DNA from: Pyrodictium abyssi
Lineage (GTDB): Archaea > Thermoproteota > Thermoprotei_A > Sulfolobales > Pyrodictiaceae
Assembly (NCBI RefSeq): GCF_036323395.1
Contig: NZ_AP028907.1
Span: 360,001-392,000 of the forward strand
Reading direction: 5' to 3'
DNA: 32,000 nt
Shown here: positions 8,455-17,144 of the stretch, in pieces
Numbering within the stretch: position 1 is the stretch's first letter
Layout: each line of letters opens with the position of its first letter
Translations under genes and position numbers: made by a program
The notes under the pieces: generated by a model
The model's input: only the letters and a program-made list of their open reading frames with translations
The model's database searches: none
What the model was told of the DNA's origin: nothing

Positions 8455-9843
8455 ATGGAGCAGGCGGGTAGAGCGGCGGAAGAAGGGCTCGGTACAGGCA
8501 TCGATGCAGCAGGCGAGGCTGCTGAAGGGCTAGCGGCGCGCGGCGGCATGGCTATAAAGGTTCATCCTGGGCGGGGCATCGAGCTAGAGAGGCTTGAGAG
8601 AAGCCTGCCGCAGTCTAAGGCTGTGCACGCAGCGCCTAGGATCGAGCCAGTACGAGCGATGGAACCCAGCCTACAGGAGCTTGAAACAGCGCTACCGGAG
8701 AGCGGTATCGACCCGCTAGAGGCCCTCTTTGGTACAGCGCGGCTACGGGTCTATAGTGAGAGGCCCTTCCTAGTACTTGCGCGCAAGCCCGTAGACCAGC
8801 GCTACGACTACATAGAGCTGCTTAAACGCATCCTCCGCGAGATATACCGTGTCTCGTGGAGAGCGCCGCTGTACGCGCAGCACGTGGCCAAGCGGCTTAC
8901 AGAGTACCAGCTTGCCATGATGCGCGCGGGCACGGCGATATACGTGATAGACCTGGACCAGCTTGGCAGCGGTGATGCTGAGGCCGAGAGGATAACGGCC
9001 AGCTCTCGTGTGGCTAGGAGCCTAGAGGACCGTGCAAGGGAGGCATATGCGCAGGGGTTCGGGTTCCTCGTGCTCTACGGGTCACATTACATGCTCCAGA
9101 GCATACAGAGGCTATGGGAGCCGCGCATAGCTAGCCGTGGCCTCCTCTATACTAGGCTGCCTCCTCCCCTAGAGCTAGGTATAGCAGAGGACGACGCTGT
9201 ATTCGAGCTTGTTGCAGCCATGTACGGAGTAGAGTACGACGATATACGGGGAGCCTCAAGCCTCGTAGACGCCGTTACAATGGCCGAGCATAGGTACTAT
9301 AGCTACCTCGAGTCCGTGGCTAGTGACCCTACACTCGCACTCCTGGCTAGGCCTGCAGTGGACGAGGAAGAGGCTAAGCCAGACGAAGGCTTCATACACT
9401 ACGCGTTCAAGATGGCTGTGCTGGGCTACCTCATAGAAGCGGGCTTCGACGAGTCCAGCATAGACGTTGAACAGCGGATGTCCAGCACTATTGCGGTAGA
9501 CGTGCTGACGAGGAGAAACTGGTACAACAAGCTCGCCATCGAGGTAGAGACGCTTTACGGTACGGGGAATCCCGCCACCAGGCTCTCGTCAGTCATAAGA
9601 GATAGGCTGGCCATGGGGTACTCCGTGTGGATAGTAGTACCGCCCCTCCAGGCATCCATCTATGCCCCGCATCTCCAGGTGCTCACTAGAAGGTACTCTG
9701 GCGTAGAGAACGTGGAGTTCTACACGCTTGACGTGTCCGCGGGCTCCCTAGTCCCGCTCGAGGAGCACCTAAAGAGGCTAGGAGAAATAGCGGCAAGGCT
9801 CAGTAGAGCACGTGACAGGCTACCCATTAGCGATATCGGCTAA
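8455..9843 (+). CDS. Hypothetical protein with predicted C-terminal PD-(D/E)XK-like nuclease domain
   Basis: 462 aa. C-terminal region FIHYAFKMAVLGYLIEAGF...AVDVLTRRNWYNKLAIEVETLYG...GYSVWIVVPP resembles restriction-endonuclease-like cores. N-terminal 300 aa unrecognised. Confidence 0.55.
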   Translation: MEQAGRAAEEGLGTGIDAAGEAAEGLAARGGMAIKVHPGRGIELERLERSLPQSKAVHAAPRIEPVRAMEPSLQELETALPESGIDPLEALFGTARLRVYSERPFLVLARKPVDQRYDYIELLKRILREIYRVSWRAPLYAQHVAKRLTEYQLAMMRAGTAIYVIDLDQLGSGDAEAERITASSRVARSLEDRAREAYAQGFGFLVLYGSHYMLQSIQRLWEPRIASRGLLYTRLPPPLELGIAEDDAVFELVAAMYGVEYDDIRGASSLVDAVTMAEHRYYSYLESVASDPTLALLARPAVDEEEAKPDEGFIHYAFKMAVLGYLIEAGFDESSIDVEQRMSSTIAVDVLTRRNWYNKLAIEVETLYGTGNPATRLSSVIRDRLAMGYSVWIVVPPLQASIYAPHLQVLTRRYSGVENVEFYTLDVSAGSLVPLEEHLKRLGEIAARLSRARDRLPISDIG

Positions 9844-10697
9844 CGCCGCCACACCGCTGCCGGCGGTTTTACGCCCACCCGCTCGTACATCCACGATATC
9901 ACTGTAAGCGCGGCTACGACCACGATGTAGGGCACGGCGTCGGCTAGCGCTGCGTGCATACCGAGCTCCTGGAGTAGCGGTGTAACAGCGTACAACACAC
10001 CGAGGAGGTAAGCAGCAGCCACTACACCTACCGGGTGCCAATAGCCGAGTATCACAGTGCCAAGCGCGAGCCAGCCCCAGCCTATGGCACGCCCGGCGCT
10101 CCAGCGCCCATTAGACGGCCCCATTAGGAAGAACGCCCCAGCCGTGCCAGCAGCGGCGCCGGCTACTAGTACAGCCAGTATACGTGTAGCTGTCACGTTC
10201 ACTCCAAGCATTCTTGCAGCGTCCTCGTCTTCGCCGAGGCTTCTCAACGTGTAGCCGTGCCACGACCGGTATAGGATGATGTAGAGTATAGCTGGTAGTA
10301 GTATCAGCACGGTGAACATTACCAGGCTCTCTCCCAGTCCTGACAGTGCCGGGGCTAGAGCTCCCTGCGTCGCTGAGCCTATAACGTCGCCGAGCCCTAT
10401 GCCTAGGAAGACAAGTGCTAGCCCGGTCACGGCCTGGTCTGCCTTGAGCCCAACGACTAGGAGGATATAGACGAGGGCCAGGAGGATGCCAGCCAGCATT
10501 CCGGCCGCGAAGCCGGCCACAAGAGAGCCAGTGGACACGGCAACGTAGGCTGCTAGTGCTGAGCCGAAGTACAGCATGCCCTCGAGCCCCAGGTTTATCA
10601 GCCCTGCTCTCTCGAGCACGAGCTCCCCGAGTGCTGCGAGTGCTAGTACAGTAGCCTCCGGCGTGCCCTGCAGAAGTATAGCAGTGACGTCAACCAT
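9840..10697 (-). CDS. ABC transporter permease, nucleoside/basic membrane lipoprotein-type importer
   Basis: ERAGLINLGLEGMLYFG and multi-TM BPD_transp_2-type layout. Overlaps the upstream permease gene. Confidence 0.85.
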   Translation of the reverse strand: MVDVTAILLQGTPEATVLALAALGELVLERAGLINLGLEGMLYFGSALAAYVAVSTGSLVAGFAAGMLAGILLALVYILLVVGLKADQAVTGLALVFLGIGLGDVIGSATQGALAPALSGLGESLVMFTVLILLPAILYIILYRSWHGYTLRSLGEDEDAARMLGVNVTATRILAVLVAGAAAGTAGAFFLMGPSNGRWSAGRAIGWGWLALGTVILGYWHPVGVVAAAYLLGVLYAVTPLLQELGMHAALADAVPYIVVVAALTVISWMYERVGVKPPAAVWRR

Positions 10698-11763
10698 GGC
10701 GTATCACCACCCGGTATCTCGATAATGTTGTGGAGGCTAGCACGGAGAGGACTATGACAGCCTCAAAGGCGAGCACGAAGCTGGCGGGTATGCCTTGCAG
10801 CTGGAGGCTCACGAACATATTGTATAGGAGTGTGATGAGGAGGCCAGCCGCTATAGTGGCGGCGGGTCGGAGGCCAGCAAGCCACGCGGCAAGGATACCC
10901 ATATAGCCGTAGCCTAGGCCTTGCTTGCCGAGGCTGAGCAGCTGGTGCTGCTCAGCAGCCATGTAGAGGCCGCCCCCGAGCCCAGCAGCAGCTCCCGCGA
11001 GGGCGGCCACTACGAGGATAGCCCTGCCCGGGTCTACGCCGTACGTCTCAGCGGCGCGCCTAGCCCGGCTTATGGAGTCCACCGCTATGCCGAGCCGCGT
11101 GTACACATACAGAGCCTCAAGCAACACTATGAAGACGGTGGTGACTATCGCTGAGGCTAGCCCGCTTATCCAGAACCGGTCTGGTAGCGGCTCTGTACGG
11201 GTGAAAGGCCCCGACTGCCAGGGCCCAGCAACCAGGTAGTTTACCAGGGCCACGGCTATGTAGTTGAGCATAAGGCTCACAAGCGTCTCATTAGCCCCGA
11301 GGTAGACCCTTAGGGCACCGACAACTAGGCCGTAGAGCGCTCCTGCGAGAGCAGCAGCAGCCATGGCTACGGCGAGTGCTAGCACGGGGTGCAGCTGGGA
11401 CAGCATGAAGTATAGGAGGCCGTAGGCGACCACAGCGCCGAGGATAACCTGTCCCTCGGAGCCTATGGTTATGAAGCCTGCTCTATAGGCCAGCGCGAGC
11501 CCAGCAGCAGACGCGGCTATGGGGGCAAAGTAGGGTAGAGACAGGAGCCAGAACCGGGGCTCTGACAGGTTAACGTAGAGGGCGCGTGCAACACCAGTAA
11601 CGCCCACGGGTGTGAGAGCACCAAGTAGGATGGACAGTGCGAAGCCAGCCGCGAGCCCAGCAAGCCCATAGAGGAGGGGGTTTCTCTTCTCCGTGGGGCC
11701 TCGCGGCTCCAGAGCTATCCTCAACTCCACACCCTCGCCACGGCTGTAACCCTGAGAGCACAC
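10690..11763 (-). CDS. ABC transporter permease, partner of 9840..10697
   Basis: AGLALAYRAGFITIGSEGQVILGA and GANETLVSLMLNYIAVALVNYLVAGPW, typical of this permease family. Confidence 0.85.
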   Translation of the reverse strand: MCSQGYSRGEGVELRIALEPRGPTEKRNPLLYGLAGLAAGFALSILLGALTPVGVTGVARALYVNLSEPRFWLLSLPYFAPIAASAAGLALAYRAGFITIGSEGQVILGAVVAYGLLYFMLSQLHPVLALAVAMAAAALAGALYGLVVGALRVYLGANETLVSLMLNYIAVALVNYLVAGPWQSGPFTRTEPLPDRFWISGLASAIVTTVFIVLLEALYVYTRLGIAVDSISRARRAAETYGVDPGRAILVVAALAGAAAGLGGGLYMAAEQHQLLSLGKQGLGYGYMGILAAWLAGLRPAATIAAGLLITLLYNMFVSLQLQGIPASFVLAFEAVIVLSVLASTTLSRYRVVIRHG

Positions 11764-11939
11764 GCCAGGGGTAGCCTACTGCAGTAGGCGCCTCTAGCGC
11801 GCCTCATAGCAGGGGTCGTGGACATGCCCAGCACCAGCCCCCGGGTTCGCGGTGGAGCGGGAGACACCTCCAGTCTTAAACCTAGACGCCCCTCCTGGGC
11901 AGCCAATGCTCAGCATGTAGCAGCCCATAAAGGCGGAGA

Positions 11940-11981
11940 GAGGTGGAGGACCCGCAGGGCGGGAAGCCCCGCCTCCACCTC
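11940..11981. other. Compound inverted repeat in the ABC operon gap
   Basis: GAGGTGGA (11940-11947) pairs with TCCACCTC (11974-11981); GGCGGG (11958-11963) pairs with CCCGCC (11968-11973) around loop AAGC. Confidence 0.6.
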
Positions 11982-12076
11982 ACAGAAGCACCAATGACCT
12001 CCGGGGCACACGCCCCACTCGGTGGAGGCGTCCCCAGGTACTCTCGGACGTGGGAACAGCCGGCGGGGCTAAAGGG

Positions 12077-13630
12077 TTAACCCTCCGTCATGGCCGCGGC
12101 TATCTCCTCTACGTTAAACGGCTTCTCTGCCACGAGCGTCACCCGGCCCTTAGACATGACTACTATACGGTCAGCCACCTCCAGCAGCTCATCAAGATCC
12201 TCCGATATCAGCAGCACGCCAGCCCCGGAATCCGCAGCCTCCGCGAGTAGGCCTCGTACCTTCTCCGCGGCGTCAACGTCAAGGCCACTGGTAGGGTTCA
12301 TAGCGAGGACCAGAGAGGGCTTCTTAGAGAGCTCCCTTCCCACTATAAACCGCTGCATGTTGCCGCCGCTCATACTCTCTACTGGCGCGTCGACACCGGA
12401 TACCCTAACCTTCATGTGCTCCACAATCTCCTTGCTAATTGCTCTAGCGCGGCTCCAGTCTACGACGAAGCCGCGAAACGGGCCGCCAGGGACGCTGTAG
12501 AGCCCGAGGGCGGTGTTAAAGACGAGGCTTTTACCGGGGACAAGCGCCCATCCAAGCCTCTCCTCCGGGATTATGGCTACTCCTAGCCTCCCCCTCACGG
12601 AAGGCCTCGCGCTGGTGACATCGGCGCCGGCAACGAGTACTCTGCCCCGGTGGGGCCTCCGGAGCCCGACGAGCGCTTCGAAGAGCTCGCGCTGCCCGTT
12701 ACCAGCGACTCCCGCTACACCGACTATCTCGCCGCGCCTAACGTCTAGGCTCACACCCCTTACCGCTATCTCGCCGTGCTCGCCCCGGACCCAGAGGTCC
12801 TCGACAACGAGAACGGTCTCGCTGCCCGGGCCACGCTTCCTCGAGACACGGCCTAGAGGCATACGCTCGCCGAACATGAGGTGGAGCAGCTTCTCTTGGG
12901 TGGCCTCTTCGCGGCGGAGAATACCGACCAGCTTACCCTTACGCATCACAGCTATGCGGTCAGCAGAATGCATGACCTCGCGGAGCCGGTGAGTAATCAG
13001 TACTATTGAGCGCCCCTCGGCGGCGAGCCGCCTAACCAGGTCAAGAAGCCTGCTAGCCTCCATGGGGGATAGGTGCGTAGTAGGCTCGTCTAGCAGCATC
13101 AGCCGCGCGTCAAGTATCAGCGCCTTCAGTATCTCGACCCGCTGCTTCTCGCCCATAGAAAGCGTCCATACCCTCGCATCCGGGTCTACCTGGATACCAT
13201 AATTCTCTCCGAGCCTCCTGACCCGGGAGCGCACCTCCCTGAGGCCGAGCTTTCTGCCTGCGAGGCGAGCAGCTAGGGCAATGTTCTCGGCCACGGTGAA
13301 GGCGTCAACGAGCCTAGGATTCTGCGGGACAAGCGCAATACCGGCCCTAGCCGCGTCACGTGGGCTCCTAAAGCGCACGCGTCGGCCCTGGTATATTATC
13401 TCACCATGGGTTGGCTGCTGCACTCCGGCTATTATGCTGACAAGGGTAGTCTTCCCCGCCCCGTTCTCGCCTAGAAGGGCTAGCACCTCACCCGGGTATA
13501 TGTCGAGGGAGACGTCGTCGTTGGCCACAACACCGCCGGGATAGACCTTGGTTATGCCCCGTAACGATAGGAGGGGAGAATGCTGGCCAGCCACTATGGG
13601 TGCCCCAGGAAGCCGCGGCGCAGAAAACAC
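12077..13630 (-). CDS. ABC transporter ATP-binding protein with two tandem ABC domains (nucleoside-importer type)
   Basis: Walker A LLGENGAGKTTL, signature LSMGEKQRVEILKALI, LLLDEPTTHLSP; second half VVGVAGVAGNGQRELFEAL and MSGGNMQRFIVGREL. Confidence 0.92.
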   Translation of the reverse strand: MFSAPRLPGAPIVAGQHSPLLSLRGITKVYPGGVVANDDVSLDIYPGEVLALLGENGAGKTTLVSIIAGVQQPTHGEIIYQGRRVRFRSPRDAARAGIALVPQNPRLVDAFTVAENIALAARLAGRKLGLREVRSRVRRLGENYGIQVDPDARVWTLSMGEKQRVEILKALILDARLMLLDEPTTHLSPMEASRLLDLVRRLAAEGRSIVLITHRLREVMHSADRIAVMRKGKLVGILRREEATQEKLLHLMFGERMPLGRVSRKRGPGSETVLVVEDLWVRGEHGEIAVRGVSLDVRRGEIVGVAGVAGNGQRELFEALVGLRRPHRGRVLVAGADVTSARPSVRGRLGVAIIPEERLGWALVPGKSLVFNTALGLYSVPGGPFRGFVVDWSRARAISKEIVEHMKVRVSGVDAPVESMSGGNMQRFIVGRELSKKPSLVLAMNPTSGLDVDAAEKVRGLLAEAADSGAGVLLISEDLDELLEVADRIVVMSKGRVTLVAEKPFNVEEIAAAMTEG

Positions 13631-13657
13631 GGGCCTTAATGAAGCTAAGCCCCCTGC

Positions 13658-13903
13658 CTACCTGCCGCGGGGCTTGTAGCCTATCTCCTCCAGGTAGCGT
13701 CTCAGAGCCTCTACGTTCCACTCCCACTTGCTCTTCCTCCGCGGGTCGACGTAGAGGCCTAGCTTCCTAGCCTCCTCGGGGGATAACCCGACCTCTGCTA
13801 GCTCCGCTATGCTGAATCCACGGCCCTGACGAGCACCCGGGTCAGCGCCGCCGTACTTGAGCAGCCTGGGCTTCTTCACTATCGCGCGCGGCGCTTCTAC
13901 CAT
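13658..13903 (-). CDS. rpl13e: Ribosomal protein L13e
   Basis: 81-aa: [45 protein letters not shown] matches the archaeal L13e pattern. Confidence 0.8.
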   Translation of the reverse strand: MVEAPRAIVKKPRLLKYGGADPGARQGRGFSIAELAEVGLSPEEARKLGLYVDPRRKSKWEWNVEALRRYLEEIGYKPRGR

Positions 13904-13965
13904 GCCCGGCTCCCCGCTGGCCTCCCGGAGACGTGGCAGCCTTTAAAGGATAGCCTTCCCTAGGG

Positions 13966-14493
13966 CTACTGGTCCTCGGCTAGCGGCGAGGCAAAGTCCT
14001 CCTTTATAGAGCGGAGTACGAGGCTCGTAACGCTCCGCCTTATATAGGGTAGCCTATTGATCTTCTTAAGGAACTTGTCTAGCTCGTTTACGTTCCGGAA
14101 CTTGGCAACCACTGCAAGGTCGTAGTCGCCAGTTATATCGTAGACAGCCATGACGCCTGGATCCCGCGCAATGTACTCTCCAGCGTCGAGTATCTTCCCA
14201 CCCTCGACCTGCAGCAGGACTATAGCAGTGACCGTGTAGCCCAATGCATCGTAGTCCGGGAGTATAGTGAACCTCCTTATGATGCCGCTCTCCACTAGGC
14301 GGCGAAGCCTAGCATGCACGGTCGAGCCGGCTAGGCCAAGCTCCTTGGCTAGGTCCCTTATGCTGCGCCGCGAGTCCTTGGCGAGCAGGCGGACAAGCTT
14401 CAAGTCAACGTCGTCGATACGCGGGCTCGGCAATACACAGCACACCTCTACTACCCGAGGCCCCCCTACTCGTAGGCTGCAGGCTGCCCGCAC
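13966..14493 (-). CDS. Lrp/AsnC-family transcriptional regulator (true start probably internal)
   Basis: RIDDVDLKLVRLLAKDSRRSIRDLAKELGLAGSTVHARLRRLVESGIIRRFTILPDYDALGYTVTAIVLLQV plus RAM-like C-terminus. Confidence 0.88.
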   Translation of the reverse strand: MRAACSLRVGGPRVVEVCCVLPSPRIDDVDLKLVRLLAKDSRRSIRDLAKELGLAGSTVHARLRRLVESGIIRRFTILPDYDALGYTVTAIVLLQVEGGKILDAGEYIARDPGVMAVYDITGDYDLAVVAKFRNVNELDKFLKKINRLPYIRRSVTSLVLRSIKEDFASPLAEDQ

Positions 14494-14620
14494 ACAGCTC
14501 TACAAGTTGCCTGGCCCCTTACAAATGTGTGATGCTCTAACCCCGGGCTGGGCGCCGGGAAAAGCCTCTATAGGCTACACCATTAGCTGATACCTAGCCA
14601 GTGGAGGGGTAAACCAGGAA

Positions 14621-14911
14621 TTGGCAGGACTACGACGCCTCGTGCTGGACGTACTAAAGCCCCTAAAGGACCCGTCTATAGTAGACGTGGCTCTCGAGCT
14701 AAGCAGGATAGATGGTGTAGAAGCGGTCAACATAACAGTTAATGAGGTAGATGTCGAGACGCTCAGCTTGACAGTGGTAGTCGAGGGTGACAACATAGAC
14801 TTCGAGAGAGTTAGGACAGTACTAGAGGAGGTTGGCGCAGCGATACACAGCATAGACCAGGTTGTCGCCGGTGAACGGCTTGTAGAAATACCCAGGAGGC
14901 CGCGTGAGTAG
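14621..14911 (+). CDS. DUF211-family small protein
   Basis: LRRLVLDVLKPLKDPSIVDVALELSRIDGVEAVNITVNEVDVETLSLTVVVEGDNIDFERV matches the DUF211 pattern. Confidence 0.8.
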   Translation: MAGLRRLVLDVLKPLKDPSIVDVALELSRIDGVEAVNITVNEVDVETLSLTVVVEGDNIDFERVRTVLEEVGAAIHSIDQVVAGERLVEIPRRPRE

Positions 14912-14952
14912 CACCCCGTGGGCAGCATCGCGGTAGGCCGGGGTGGAGCCTC

Positions 14953-15294
14953 GTGGCCGAAGAGAAGAACTACATAAGCATAGACGAGTTCGCACGGATA
15001 GAGCTACGCGTGGGCAAGGTCGTCGAGGCCGAGAAAATACCGGGCACACGGCTGCTCAAGCTAATAGTAGACCTCGGCGGGGAGAAACGCCAGATAATCT
15101 CCGGGATAGCAGAGTACTACACACCCGAGGACATGATAGGAAAGAAGGTAGTAGTGGTGGCTAACCTCAAGCCGAAGAAGATACGCGGCTACCTAAGTGA
15201 AGGCATGATACTAGCCGCGGGCTGCGACAAAGGACAGAGGCCGGTACTAGTCACAGTCGGCGACGAGGCGGAGCCAGGCTGGCGGGTCTGCTAG
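14953..15294 (+). CDS. Methionyl-tRNA synthetase beta-like tRNA-binding protein (OB fold)
   Basis: ISIDEFARIELRVGKVVEAEKIPGTRLLKLIVDLGGEKRQIISGIAEYYTPEDMIGKKVVVVANLKPKKIRGYLSEGMILAA; GTG start. Confidence 0.88.
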   Translation: MAEEKNYISIDEFARIELRVGKVVEAEKIPGTRLLKLIVDLGGEKRQIISGIAEYYTPEDMIGKKVVVVANLKPKKIRGYLSEGMILAAGCDKGQRPVLVTVGDEAEPGWRVC

Positions 15295-15417
15295 CCCAGC
15301 CGGCCATAAACCGGCACACGGCCCCGGGCCCAGAGCATTAGGCCTAGGCTGTGCTCGCTACTCGCTGTTCATGCCGGTCGTGAATACGGCCTGGTTTTAC
15401 GGGGCATAGAGGCATAC

Positions 15418-16608
15418 TTGTCTCGTAGGCATCCCCCGGCCCACTTGTGGGCTGTGAAACCCCTTACAGGCGGGGATAGACGCTCCTTGGACACTTGTCT
15501 CATAGGCTACGGCCGTGTGGGGAAGGTAACGGCGCTGGTGCTCTCCCGTGACTACAACGTTGACGTAGTAGTATTTGATGCATCGGGGCAACGGGTTAAC
15601 GAGGCGAGGCGTAGGGGGCTAGAAGCACGTCTCGCCGACGTCTCAAACCCGGGCATGACCTCGAGGATAGCGGCGGAGTGCGATGTTGTAGCCGTAGCCC
15701 TTCCTAGCAGAGTTGCAGAGCGTGTAGTACAACAGCTAATAGAGGCGGAAGTAAGAGCAATAGTCGATGTATCGTACGTAGCGGATCCCCTGGCTTTCCA
15801 CAAGCCAGCCTTAGAGCGCGGAGTCCGCGTATTTGTGGACGCTGGGCTAGCGCCCGGCCTATCAAACATGCTGGCAAAACGTGCAAGAATGTGGCTAGAC
15901 AAGGCGAGTAGGATAGTAGTGTACGTTGGCGGGATATCAGCTGAGAACGACGATTTGTTTGGCCTCGTAGCGTCGTGGAGCATCGACGACCTCATAGAGG
16001 AGTACACGAGAAAGGCTAAAGCGAGGATAGCAGGTGAAGAGAAACTCCTAGACCCTATATGGGACGCGGTACGGGTCGAACTCCCAGGGCTCGGGGAATT
16101 CGACGCAATGCCTACAGATGGTCTACGCACGCTACTCAGGAGCCTCCAGGATGTACCAACGCTAATTGAGTACACTCTACGATACCCAGGCCATGTAGAG
16201 CTCCTAAAGTCGCTCTACCGGCTGGGCTTGCTAGATGACAAGCCCCATGTAGCCTCTGGCTGTGCAGCGTCGCCTAGGAAGATGCTGGTTAGGCTGCTTG
16301 AGGAAAGGCTCCCAAAGAGCGGCGATAGAGTAGTAATGTACGTTGAGGCTGAGGGCGAGAGAGAAGGATATTGGGCCAGAACAAGCTACGTCATAGACGC
16401 CACGCAGGACGACGTGGGTGTTGAAACCCCCGTGCTCACGTATATGACGGGACTCGTCCATGCATGGGTAGTAGTGCGGGCCCTAAAGGGGTACGGGCAT
16501 CCAGGCGTAAACGCTCCCGAGGAGCTGGCTCAGAAGCTTGCAGACCTGGAGAAGCTGCTGGAAAGCAAGGGCATACACGTGCACGAGAGGCGCTGTTACG
16601 AGCAGTGA
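15418..16608 (+). CDS. Saccharopine dehydrogenase-like / L-lysine dehydrogenase-like oxidoreductase
   Basis: Rossmann motif CLIGYGRVGKVTALVL, AIVDVSYVADPLAFHKPALERGVRVFVDAGLAPGLSNML. A TTG at 15487, just before the Rossmann strand, is an alternative start. Confidence 0.78.
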   Translation: MSRRHPPAHLWAVKPLTGGDRRSLDTCLIGYGRVGKVTALVLSRDYNVDVVVFDASGQRVNEARRRGLEARLADVSNPGMTSRIAAECDVVAVALPSRVAERVVQQLIEAEVRAIVDVSYVADPLAFHKPALERGVRVFVDAGLAPGLSNMLAKRARMWLDKASRIVVYVGGISAENDDLFGLVASWSIDDLIEEYTRKAKARIAGEEKLLDPIWDAVRVELPGLGEFDAMPTDGLRTLLRSLQDVPTLIEYTLRYPGHVELLKSLYRLGLLDDKPHVASGCAASPRKMLVRLLEERLPKSGDRVVMYVEAEGEREGYWARTSYVIDATQDDVGVETPVLTYMTGLVHAWVVVRALKGYGHPGVNAPEELAQKLADLEKLLESKGIHVHERRCYEQ

Positions 16609-16995
16609 GGTCTACTCCGCGGCAGCGGGATATTGAAGAGAGTGCGAATACGCTGGAGCCTCCTGGGCGGTGAAGACTGGTATTACCGGCGACCCGGCTG
16701 GGATGAGCGAGCCCATCCGCTGCGGAGCCCGCGCTACACTCCCTTAAGACAGTCGCTGGCCATGATGTTCCGTGTACGGTCGCTCGGTGTGATGAGGAGC
16801 TGGCGAGCAGAGCCCGTCCCCAGGGCGGTGCTGAGCTAAGACTAGGTGGGGGTACTGACCGTCCAAGATTTACTACAACGCTGTGAGCGCCACACCCATA
16901 CCATTGATATATAGTAACCGGTATCCTATATAGCTTGTGGGCGGTGGCGTGTTGGCGCGGCAGAGTAGATAATTACGTACCGCTCTCGGGGGCTG

Positions 16996-17043
16996 TACTA
17001 CGTGGATACTATTTGGCAAGATAGTAGGAGATAGACCCTACTA
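16996..17043. promoter_or_regulatory. Cluster of TACTA/TAGTA motifs forming overlapping inverted repeats upstream of the hydrogenase gene
   Basis: TACTA at 16996 and 17007, TAGTA at 17022, TACTA at 17039. TACTAT(17007-17012)/ATAGTA(17021-17026) and TAGTAGG(17022-17028)/CCTACTA(17037-17043) are exact inverted repeats. Confidence 0.4.
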
Positions 17044-17073
17044 AAAAACTATTCACGGGTGTTAATGGAGAGG

Positions 17074-17087
17074 TAGGTTTAAGTATT
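17074..17087 (+). promoter_or_regulatory. Candidate archaeal BRE/TATA promoter for the hydrogenase large subunit gene
   Basis: taggtttaagtatt, about 60 nt before the TTG start. Confidence 0.45.
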
Positions 17088-17144
17088 AGATTTATTAATT
17101 TCGGTTGTGGGATTCAAATAGTTCAACCATGGTAAAGGAGGGGT

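Noticed and set aside
16633-16839. 68-aa ORF in the gap before the hydrogenase gene
   Set aside because: Arg-rich low-complexity translation with no motif. An overlapping alternative ORF (16464..16673) is equally unconvincing, and GC-rich intergenic DNA readily yields such ORFs.
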